64,000 nt of DNA from an uncultured Planctomycetia bacterium (lineage in GTDB: Bacteria; Omnitrophota; Gorgyraeia; JABMRG01; JAFGKX01). The notes under the pieces were generated by a model that had not been told where the DNA came from, did no database searches, and worked only from the letters and a program-made list of their open reading frames with translations. Made by a program: the position numbers and the translations under genes. This document shows, one piece after another, positions 56,259-64,000 of this stretch; the first letter of the stretch is position 1, and each line of letters opens with the position of its first letter. The stretch is taken from NCBI GenBank assembly GCA_964570585.1, contig CAZMYR010000006.1, positions 1,636 to 65,635 of the forward strand. Reading direction: 5' to 3'.

Positions 56259-59200
56259 TCACCCCCAGCAAATATCATAATAATCGCACTTTTGATTCTT
56301 TTGCGTGCCGCATTTGTCCTTATCGGGCTCGGGCAATTTTTCAAATTCTAAATTTCTTATTTTTTTTGCGCAATCTATTATAATCTCTTCCAATCGCCTG
56401 GCCATATCTTCTGCGATAGTTACATCTTTATTTTTAAACTCATCTTTTTTAAGACCGTATTTTGGAGAGTCATTTTTTATCGGCTCAATAAATACCAGGC
56501 GCCCCGAGATTACTCTATTGCCTTTATTCTGTCTTTTTGCTCTATCGTACAATAACTTATAACAGACTAACTGCCTTAAATAACCATCGCATTCATCACT
56601 GTTTAAATCCGTAAATTTTTCTATACTTTTAAAATGGGAATCAGGTGTTCCGGTTTTATAATCTACCACCCTTATGGTTTTATCTTTCTCGTTTTCAAAC
56701 TCGCTTTTATCGTATTTTCCGGTAAATAAGATATTATCCCCTAAAGTGATCAATAATTTCTGCTCAAGGCCGATCGGTTTTATTGGATTTTTTGATTCTT
56801 TTTTAAACCAGCTTCTTACATCATTCAATTTTCTTTCACAATGAATGAAGATGCTCTTCTCAACCCCTTGAAATCTTAATTCTTGTATAAATGATTTTTT
56901 AAAAAAGTTAAAATCGGGAAATCGTCCCCCCTCCCTATAAAATCTATAGGTATCCTCTAAGGCCTTGTGCACGCAGCTTCCGAAAATGAGACTTTTATTC
57001 TTTTTCGCCGGAAGCATCAGCACATTGTTATATAAAAATTTTCTTTTGCACTTTATATAAGTATTTAAGCTGGTGGGGTTAAGCGAAAGGTCTCCTATTA
57101 AATCTTTTAAGACACCTTCTGTCCCTATAAACGGGTCCTTTTTATCTGTAAGCTTAATGGATTTTACCATAAGGGATTCTTCTTGCGTCTCTCCTTGCGC
57201 CTTTTCAGTATCTAAGCCGATATTTTCAATATAGGAGCTTGTTACAGTATTTTGAGTCGGGCTGGCTGTGTATATAATATTCGATTTTGCCCGGGATGAT
57301 GCTACGTAAAAAAGCCTGGTTTCATCATAAAGATTGAGTCTTTTGATATAGGTTTTATCTTTTACCTTTTCCTTGGCCGGGAACATATCCGGTGGCAGCG
57401 GAATCAATTCTCCCCGCGGCCTTATAGGCCAGTTTTTATCCTGCAAACAAAAAGGGATAATAACCGTATGAAATTCTAACCCCTTTGTGCCATGCGCGGT
57501 ATAGACCCTGACCCCGTCCTGAGTAGCAGTAACCAGATTTCCACGCAAAGCCATGTTATGCTGTTTTCTTGTCTCTATCTCTTCTAAAAAATCTGATAAA
57601 CTCAAACCGGGCCTTGATAAATCTGCTAATTTAATCATATTGACAAAAGAAGTCAGCGCCCTTAAATCTCTTATTCTTAGAATCTTATTTGTATTGTATT
57701 CTTCAAGAATATATTTATACAATCCGACATCTTCTATAAAATGCATCAGGAGGGCATGGGTAGGGGAATTTTCAGCGTTTTTAAATAACTTCATAATCGC
57801 CCAGCCGGCTTTGTGTAATTTATCAGGGCTTTGTAGTTTTAATTCTTTAACTATATGTAGTTTTTTAGTCGCATTAATCTCCGGAGGAGTATTAGACTTT
57901 AAGTTTTCTACATAGAAACTATTCAAAAATTCTCCAAGAAATGTAACCTCGCTAAATTCTAACCTTTTAACTCCGGATTTGTCTTTGTATGCCAATTTTT
58001 TAAGATTGACCCTGCCGATAATCTTTAAAATATCAGTCATAGGAATATCGAAGTAATCGCTGGTTATAACCCTGTAAAATGCGGCGTCTTTCTCTGAATA
58101 ATCAGCAGTATCTTTTATATGGGCCAGTTGTAAAACATCCAACATCTGCCTTGCCCGCTTCTCTGAACTTATATCCTCCTTGCCGTCTGTCGCATATGGA
58201 ATCCCTCTTTTTTGAAACGTATCTATGACCTTAAGTATATCTTCCCGTTTTCTTAGTAAAACTGCGATATTGTTGTAAGGCCTTGATTTTTCTTCTGCGC
58301 TAAACTCGTCCGAAGCCGCAATATCTTTCTTAATATCTTCTATTCTATCGCATATAAAGATAAGCTCTTCTTCATCAGTGGTAAATTGCCTGAAATTTAT
58401 TTCCTTGCGCTTAAAATCTCGTCGAGGAATCAACTCCTTAGCTTCAGTGCGTTCGTCGGAAGGAAGCTGGGATATAATCTTATCCGAAAGCCTTATTACC
58501 TCTTTGGTGGAACGATAATTATCCTTTAAAGAAACAATTTTTATTTCCGGGAGGCGGCTTTTTAATAATTTAAAATTGCCGACGCTGGCGCCCTGGAAAC
58601 GGTATATGGACTGGTCGTCATCGCCAACGCAACAGATATTCGCCTTTTTAGAAGAGAGGGTTGCAAAAAGGAGTTCAAGCTGGGCCCCGTTTGTATCCTG
58701 ATATTCATCTACCATTATGTATGTATATTGAGATTGGATCTGTTTTTTTAAGTCCGCTTCTTTCTTCAGAGCTTCAAGGGCAATAATTATCATATCATCA
58801 AAATCATATCTACCCCTTTCATCAAAAATTTCCTTACTCTGTCCTGCTTTATAAAATTCATATAATTTATAAATTTTGGCCAGGGCCTTTATGCGGGGTA
58901 TGTGTTTTTCCTCTATATACACTCCGTCCGGTTTTAGATTTTCAATATATTGCTCAAAGAATTCAGGGGTTATGCCCTCTCTTTTTAATTCGCTGATTCT
59001 TGTTTCTATGGCACCGTGGTAAAAATAAGGCGCCTTAAACGGCCTTATGGCATCTATGCCGTCGGTGTGGTCCAATATATACTCCAACGCCCTTATCTTT
59101 TCTACATCGGTTATTTCTATTTTATCCTGAATATAATTGGCTGCTTCTTCTGATTCAAGGATAATGGAATTGGCAAAGCTATGGAATGTGCCGGTTTCAA

Positions 59201-59456
59201 TTTCATAACCATGCGGTCCTAACATTTTACCGAGGCGTTCTTTCATCTCCTTTACCGCTGAATTGGTATAAGTAAGGATGAGTATATTTTCAGGTAAGGC
59301 CCTCTTTTTATGTATAATATTTGCTGCTCTGACTGATAGCAGTTCTGTCTTGCCGGTTCCAGGGCCGGCTAAGACTAAAACCGGGCCGTCTGTAGTATCT
59401 ACAGCCTGTCTTTGCTGAGCATTAAGCTTATTATAATATGTTTTGAAATTATCCAT
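56259..59456 (-). CDS. UvrD/PcrA-type SF1 helicase fused to a PD-(D/E)xK nuclease with Cys cluster
   Basis: AGPGTGKT, VDEYQD, GDDDQSIYRFQG, NYRS, KGLEF, RLFYVA; C-terminal GKYD...VVDYKTG, QLVCY, 1+3 Cys. Confidence 0.92.
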   Translation of the reverse strand: MDNFKTYYNKLNAQQRQAVDTTDGPVLVLAGPGTGKTELLSVRAANIIHKKRALPENILILTYTNSAVKEMKERLGKMLGPHGYEIETGTFHSFANSIILESEEAANYIQDKIEITDVEKIRALEYILDHTDGIDAIRPFKAPYFYHGAIETRISELKREGITPEFFEQYIENLKPDGVYIEEKHIPRIKALAKIYKLYEFYKAGQSKEIFDERGRYDFDDMIIIALEALKKEADLKKQIQSQYTYIMVDEYQDTNGAQLELLFATLSSKKANICCVGDDDQSIYRFQGASVGNFKLLKSRLPEIKIVSLKDNYRSTKEVIRLSDKIISQLPSDERTEAKELIPRRDFKRKEINFRQFTTDEEELIFICDRIEDIKKDIAASDEFSAEEKSRPYNNIAVLLRKREDILKVIDTFQKRGIPYATDGKEDISSEKRARQMLDVLQLAHIKDTADYSEKDAAFYRVITSDYFDIPMTDILKIIGRVNLKKLAYKDKSGVKRLEFSEVTFLGEFLNSFYVENLKSNTPPEINATKKLHIVKELKLQSPDKLHKAGWAIMKLFKNAENSPTHALLMHFIEDVGLYKYILEEYNTNKILRIRDLRALTSFVNMIKLADLSRPGLSLSDFLEEIETRKQHNMALRGNLVTATQDGVRVYTAHGTKGLEFHTVIIPFCLQDKNWPIRPRGELIPLPPDMFPAKEKVKDKTYIKRLNLYDETRLFYVASSRAKSNIIYTASPTQNTVTSSYIENIGLDTEKAQGETQEESLMVKSIKLTDKKDPFIGTEGVLKDLIGDLSLNPTSLNTYIKCKRKFLYNNVLMLPAKKNKSLIFGSCVHKALEDTYRFYREGGRFPDFNFFKKSFIQELRFQGVEKSIFIHCERKLNDVRSWFKKESKNPIKPIGLEQKLLITLGDNILFTGKYDKSEFENEKDKTIRVVDYKTGTPDSHFKSIEKFTDLNSDECDGYLRQLVCYKLLYDRAKRQNKGNRVISGRLVFIEPIKNDSPKYGLKKDEFKNKDVTIAEDMARRLEEIIIDCAKKIRNLEFEKLPEPDKDKCGTQKNQKCDYYDICWG

Positions 59457-59462
59457 AATATT

Positions 59463-59546
59463 AGCACCGTTTACAGTTCCAAAGGGGTAAGTGTCCCCTA
59501 ATCTTTGCTGGGGGACATTTACCTCTTTGGAACCGTAAACGGTACT
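59463..59546. repeat. REP-like palindrome family B, copy 3
   Basis: agcaccgtttacagttccaaag...ctttggaaccgtaaacggtact with internal gtgtcccc/ggggaca. Confidence 0.8.
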
Positions 59547-59566
59547 TCCAAACGAACGAAACGTCC

Positions 59567-59986
59567 CTACTTTCCTATAAATTGCGCTATCAATTTACGC
59601 GAACGAGGCCTGTTATCAAAGTCTATAAAGATAATCTGCTGCCATGTTCCTAAGGTCAATTCACCTTTTACAAACGGGACTGTCAAGGAAGCGCCAATGG
59701 TAGAAGCCCTGATATGGGAATAGCCATTTGCGTCTCCCCAGGTAGCATCGTGGGCATAAGAAACATCGGAAGGGGCAATTCTTTCAAAGGAGTCCTTTAA
59801 ATCCTTTATAAGACCGGATTCGTATTCTACTGTTGTTAAACCCCCTGTTGAGCCGGAAACAAAAACAGTTACAGTGCCATCCTGCATGTCTGTTTCAGAA
59901 AGAGCCTTATTAACCTGGCCGGTGATATCTATTATATGGGCGTTTCCTTTTGTCTTTAATGCTATGTATTTAGTGCTAACTTTCAT
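59567..59986 (-). CDS. yjbQ: Second YjbQ/UPF0047 family protein
   Basis: GSTGGLTTVEYE, NGYSHIRA, LGTWQQI..IDFD. Confidence 0.88.
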   Translation of the reverse strand: MKVSTKYIALKTKGNAHIIDITGQVNKALSETDMQDGTVTVFVSGSTGGLTTVEYESGLIKDLKDSFERIAPSDVSYAHDATWGDANGYSHIRASTIGASLTVPFVKGELTLGTWQQIIFIDFDNRPRSRKLIAQFIGK

Positions 59987-59987
59987 T

Positions 59988-60665
59988 TTAATTGTACCTG
60001 TCCCTATTTTTTATTAGACTACACCATTTGCGAAGCGCGCATTCTGAACATATTGGTTTTTTCTTGCAAACCCATTTTGCATGCTCAACAATTAATGCGT
60101 GATATTCATTGAATAGTTTACTCCTTTTAGGAAGGTTGTTTTCAAAAAGTCGCTGGATCTGCTCATAAGAAGCGTTGGGCTTTATCAATCCCTGCCTTTC
60201 TAATATCCTTTTGGTGTATGCGTCTACGACAAATACGGCCTTCCCTGCTGCATATAATAAAATAGAATCTGCCGTTTCGGGCCCTATTCCGTTGATGGCC
60301 AGAAGTTGTTTTCTGATATTGCCGGTGGAATTTGAAAAAAAATTGCTTAAACTGCCTTTATAATTTTTAAATAGGTAATCTATAAAACTTTTAAGGCGTT
60401 TTGCTTTTATATTATGATAACCGCAGGATTTAATAAGTGAGGATAATTCCGATATTTTTATCCTATAAAGCTGCCTTGGCGAAAGTTTCCTTTTCTTCTT
60501 TAGATTCGCTATCGCCTTTTCAACATTCTCCCAGGATGTATTCTGGGTAAGTATGGCTCCGACTATTACCTCAAACGGAGAATCCGCAGGCCACCAGTTT
60601 CTCGGGCCATAGATTTTATATAGGATATTATAGATTTCAGATAATCTCTTTGAGAGTTTTTGCAT
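59988..60665 (-). CDS. Endonuclease III-related HhH-GPD glycosylase
   Basis: WWPA, GAILTQNT, GIGPETAD, VVDAY, HALIV, 3-Cys tail. Confidence 0.9.
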   Translation of the reverse strand: MQKLSKRLSEIYNILYKIYGPRNWWPADSPFEVIVGAILTQNTSWENVEKAIANLKKKRKLSPRQLYRIKISELSSLIKSCGYHNIKAKRLKSFIDYLFKNYKGSLSNFFSNSTGNIRKQLLAINGIGPETADSILLYAAGKAVFVVDAYTKRILERQGLIKPNASYEQIQRLFENNLPKRSKLFNEYHALIVEHAKWVCKKKPICSECALRKWCSLIKNRDRYN

Positions 60666-61374
60666 TCTTTACCGCATAACCGTGCGCGTCATTATTAAAA
60701 TATATATACACATCTTTGCCTTTAGAGAGGTGTTTTTTTATCAAATTCGCATCTGCCTTAAGTTGCGCGCCGGAATAGTATCCGGAATATAATCTTGCGC
60801 TTGTACCATGGCGGCGTATATAAATAAAATCGCAAGTTTCATGCATGTCATTAGAACATTCAGGCCAATCAGCACTGCATATAGCGATATTTGATTTTTT
60901 AAGTAACTTATATATATCTTTATTAAACCAACTTGCATCTCTAAATTCAAACACATGGCGAACATTTTTATATCTTTGCAAGTTTTTTAAAAAATCAGAA
61001 AGTCGCTTAATATCGTATTTAAACTTAGGCGGAAGCTGCCATAAAACTACATCTATCTTTTTAGAGAGCGGCTCTGCTCTTTTAAACATAAGCTTAAGCG
61101 GCCCTGCGGCAGCGCGAAGCCTCTTGATATGGGTGATAAATCTTGAACCCTTGATAGCAAAAATGAAATTTTCCGGGGTGCGCTTATTCCATCCTGCAAA
61201 TGCTCCTCTTTGAGGGAGCCTGTAGAATGTGACATTTAGCTCAACTGAATTAAAATGCTTGCAGTAGTATTCTAACCATTTATCCTGCTTTAAGCCAGCA
61301 GGGTAAAAAACACCGCCTGACCAGTGATTATAAGAATAACCACTTGTCCCTATATAGAGCTTTCCGGCTTTCAC
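60637..61374 (-). CDS. DUF72 (YecE) protein
   Basis: IGTSGYSY, VELNVTFY, WQLPP, EFR, YFNN. Confidence 0.92.
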   Translation of the reverse strand: MKAGKLYIGTSGYSYNHWSGGVFYPAGLKQDKWLEYYCKHFNSVELNVTFYRLPQRGAFAGWNKRTPENFIFAIKGSRFITHIKRLRAAAGPLKLMFKRAEPLSKKIDVVLWQLPPKFKYDIKRLSDFLKNLQRYKNVRHVFEFRDASWFNKDIYKLLKKSNIAICSADWPECSNDMHETCDFIYIRRHGTSARLYSGYYSGAQLKADANLIKKHLSKGKDVYIYFNNDAHGYAVKNAKTLKEII

Positions 61375-62036
61375 CTTTTTTTATGAAATTTATTTATATA
61401 TGGGACTATCTCATCGGGATTATCGATTACTTTAAAGATATTGAGGTCTTTTTTATTAATCCTGTCTTCCTGGTACATCTTTTTATCTATCCAGCTTATA
61501 AGATCTTTCCAGAATTCTGCGCCAACAAGTACGACCGGGAAAGGTGTTATTCTCTTTGTTTGAATAAGGGTGAGCGATTCAAAAAATTCATCCATTGTCC
61601 CAAATCCGCCCGGTAGAACTACAAAGGCTTTGGCATATTTGGTGAACATTACCTTGCGGCAGAAAAAATAACGGAAACTCAAAAGGTGTGTAATATAGGG
61701 ATTGGGCTTTTGAACTATGGGAAACTCTATATTTAATCCTATGGATTGGCCTTTTGCCTTTTTTGCCCCTTTGTTAGCTGCCTCCATAATACCAGGCCCT
61801 GCTCCGGTCACTACTGCATAATCGGCCTTTGCTAAATTATAGGCTATTCTTTCTGTTAACTTATAATATTTCTGGGCCGGCTTAGTCCTGGATGAACCAA
61901 ATATGGCCACTGCCTTTTTAAGGTGGGCCAACTCCTCAAACCCTTCGACAAACTCGCTCATTATCCTGAAGACCCGCCAGGGGTCTTCCATAGTAAAGTC
62001 TATACTTGTTTTCTCTTGAATCTTTTTCTTAGCCAT
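61371..62036 (-). CDS. LOG family protein (TIGR00730)
   Basis: TGAGPGIMEAAN, RKVMF, PGGFGTMDE. Confidence 0.92.
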   Translation of the reverse strand: MAKKKIQEKTSIDFTMEDPWRVFRIMSEFVEGFEELAHLKKAVAIFGSSRTKPAQKYYKLTERIAYNLAKADYAVVTGAGPGIMEAANKGAKKAKGQSIGLNIEFPIVQKPNPYITHLLSFRYFFCRKVMFTKYAKAFVVLPGGFGTMDEFFESLTLIQTKRITPFPVVLVGAEFWKDLISWIDKKMYQEDRINKKDLNIFKVIDNPDEIVPYINKFHKKR

Positions 62037-62148
62037 AATAATCCTCCTTAATAAGCAAACTTAATTATAATACCTGAAAACCTTCATTTCAAGCAAATTC
62101 GCAAAATTCGCAAAATTACCAAAATCTAAAAAAACTAAAAAAATTTTA

Positions 62149-62190
62149 ATTTTTTTGAAATAATTTGCCTAAAAAAATCGTCTATTTATA
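62149..62190 (+). promoter_or_regulatory. 42-bp sequence identical to the RAYT upstream region
   Basis: Identical to 46685-46726. Confidence 0.6.
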
Positions 62191-62240
62191 GTGAGTGAAA
62201 AATCAAAGGGGAATCCTGCCCCAGTGAGGAGGTGATAAAA

Positions 62241-62504
62241 ATGACTGACCAAGCAATTGAAATCAGGGTAGAGCGCATACACAGGCTAGATGGCGAAGGT
62301 TCGCTAAAAGGCTTTGCCGATATCTCCATTGCCGGCACTTTCTTAGTAAAGGGTTTAAGAATAGTAGCCGGAAGAGAGGGATTATTTGTAAGCATGCCTC
62401 GTAAACAGGGTAAAGATGGCCAATGGTATGACAGCGTCCACCCGTTAAACAAGGCTATGAGGGAAAAGTTAGCTGAGATTGTGTTGTCGGCGTATGAGGA
62501 GTAG
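62241..62504 (+). CDS. spoVG: SpoVG family nucleic-acid-binding protein
   Basis: LKGFADI, VKGLRIV, GLFVSMP, YDSVHP; AGGAGG RBS. Confidence 0.9.
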   Translation: MTDQAIEIRVERIHRLDGEGSLKGFADISIAGTFLVKGLRIVAGREGLFVSMPRKQGKDGQWYDSVHPLNKAMREKLAEIVLSAYEE

Positions 62505-62524
62505 TTATCCACAATGGAAATGGA

Positions 62525-62556
62525 AATGGAGCGGAGGCTTAAGCCTCCGCTCCATT
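62525..62556. repeat. Perfect 32-bp palindrome after spoVG
   Basis: aatggagcggaggcttaagcctccgctccatt; no U-tract. Confidence 0.75.
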
Positions 62557-62608
62557 GGGGATAACTCCAGCTGGCAGGCAGGCCCGCCTTACTAAAGGAA
62601 GGATATAT

Positions 62609-62965
62609 ATGAATAAAATAGGTCATACAGGTGAAAAGATAGCCGTTAAATATCTGAAGAAACACGGCTATAAAATCATTGAAAGAAACTTTAAGCTAAA
62701 ATGCGGGGAAATTGACATTGTCGCAAAACAGGGCGAATGTATATGCTTTATTGAAGTAAAAACACGCACTTCAAACTCATTCGCAGAACCGTATGAAGCC
62801 GTTGATTATAAAAAACAGAAAAAGCTATATAGATTAGCTGAAATCTGGCTAAGCATGCACAAGTTGCACAATGCCTTATGCAGGTTTGATATAGTTTCTG
62901 TTTTGCTTAAGGAAAATTGCGTGATATGTGAAATCAAGCTCATTAAAGATGCTTTTTGGCTTTAG
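62609..62965 (+). CDS. yraN: YraN family nuclease
   Basis: GEKIA, GEIDIV, FIEVKTR, RFDIV. Confidence 0.93.
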   Translation: MNKIGHTGEKIAVKYLKKHGYKIIERNFKLKCGEIDIVAKQGECICFIEVKTRTSNSFAEPYEAVDYKKQKKLYRLAEIWLSMHKLHNALCRFDIVSVLLKENCVICEIKLIKDAFWL

Positions 62966-62986
62966 CCCCTCCGGTGTTCCTATCCG

Positions 62987-63006
62987 CCTGCCTGTTGGCA
63001 GGCAGG
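62987..63006. repeat. CCTGCC...GGCAGG short palindrome
   Basis: cctgcctgttggcaggcagg; partial copy at 62567-62582. Confidence 0.6.
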
Positions 63007-63051
63007 TTGCATTGTTTGGGACAAAATTTTTCAAAAATTTGGGAGGAAAAA

Positions 63052-64000
63052 ATGTTAGCAAAGGTTGAATCAAGAACTACGTATGGTATTAAAGGATATA
63101 GGGTTGATGTAGAAGTAGATATTTCAGGAGGCACGCCTGGTTTTTCTATAGTCGGGTTACCTGATACAGCTTGTAGGGAATCTGCGAAAAGGGTAATATC
63201 TGCTATTAGAAATTCTCATTTTAACTTTAAATCAAGCAAGATGACGGTCAATTTAGCGCCTGCAAATATAAAAAAGGAGGGTGCTTGTTTTGATTTAGCA
63301 ATTGCAGTGGGTATATTAACTGCAAAAGGTATACTCAATCAGGAAGACCTTAAAGACATAGTTATATGCGGCGAATTATCTCTTGATGGAACGGTAAGGC
63401 CTATAAATGGCATATTGCCTCGAGCTATAAGCGTAGAGAAAAATAAAATTTTTATCGTGCCTGTGGACAACATTAACGAGGCAGCAATGGTAAAAGGGCA
63501 AAAGATAATAGCAATCGAAACATTAAACCAACTGGTAAGTTTCTTAAAAGGTAAAATACAACTTTTTCCTTGTGAAATAAATACCAAGCCCAAGACAAAT
63601 TCAAGCGTTAATAGCCAACCGGACTTCTCTGATGTCAAGGGAAATCAGCATGCAAAAAGGGCAATCGAAATTGCAGCTGCAGGTTCCCATAACATCCTAA
63701 TGATAGGCCCGCCTGGCGAAGGCAAAACTATGCTCGCTCAAAGAATACCCGGCATTTTAGATAATATGAGCTATGAGGAAGCTTTAGAGACTACAAAAAT
63801 TCATAGCATAGCAGGCCTTACTAGAAATAAAAACTATTTTGTCACACAAAGGCCTTTCCGATGTTTGCATCATTCCATTTCTGATGCCGGAATGTTAGGC
63901 GGAGGCGTTAACTTGCATCCCGGCGAAATAAGCTTAGCACACAACGGAGTATTGTTTCTGGATGAATTGCCTGAATTTAAGCGCAATATCTTAGAGGGAT
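63052..64000 (+). CDS. comM: ComM/YifB Mg-chelatase-like AAA ATPase (partial)
   Basis: Manual translation MLAKVES...VGLPD...[47 protein letters not shown]. Confidence 0.93.
   Translation, partial: MLAKVESRTTYGIKGYRVDVEVDISGGTPGFSIVGLPDTACRESAKRVISAIRNSHFNFKSSKMTVNLAPANIKKEGACFDLAIAVGILTAKGILNQEDLKDIVICGELSLDGTVRPINGILPRAISVEKNKIFIVPVDNINEAAMVKGQKIIAIETLNQLVSFLKGKIQLFPCEINTKPKTNSSVNSQPDFSDVKGNQHAKRAIEIAAAGSHNILMIGPPGEGKTMLAQRIPGILDNMSYEEALETTKIHSIAGLTRNKNYFVTQRPFRCLHHSISDAGMLGGGVNLHPGEISLAHNGVLFLDELPEFKRNILEG

Noticed and set aside
56259-57100. Cas4-like nuclease implying CRISPR adaptation
   Set aside because: It is the C-terminal domain of a UvrD fusion and there is no cas1/cas2

Overview
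AT-rich bacterial chromosomal window with about 70 genes, mostly on the minus strand. A PVC-type small basic protein, outer-membrane proteins and a rich type IV pilus/MshEN/PilZ complement suggest a PVC-superphylum organism, plausibly Ca. Omnitrophota (inference). Housekeeping content: glycine cleavage operon gcvT-H-PA-PB plus a lipoate ligase, aroB, pgi, nth, dtd, era, nnrE, a MarR-TolC-MFP-RND efflux operon, NfeD/SPFH, LemA/TPM, an acyl-ligase-ACP-acyltransferase fusion, a UvrD-PD(D/E)xK fusion and spoVG-yraN-comM. There is also a T4P/T2SS ATPase operon wired with c-di-GMP modules and a HEPN/MNT toxin-antitoxin pair. I saw no rRNA, tRNA or CRISPR array. The most striking layer is non-coding. 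A REP-associated tyrosine transposase (RAYT) sits between ~62-bp arms with 16-bp terminal inverted repeats. The same arms also occur as an empty head-to-head element, around the lipoate ligase gene, and as a direct-repeat duplicate around an EamA gene. A 42-bp upstream sequence is identical between the RAYT and spoVG-yraN-comM. Several more palindromic repeat families and heptamer-repeat hairpins occur, some in frame within proteins or forming signal peptides, along with a candidate sRNA and several apparently leaderless genes. Family assignments come from motif recognition, not database searches.
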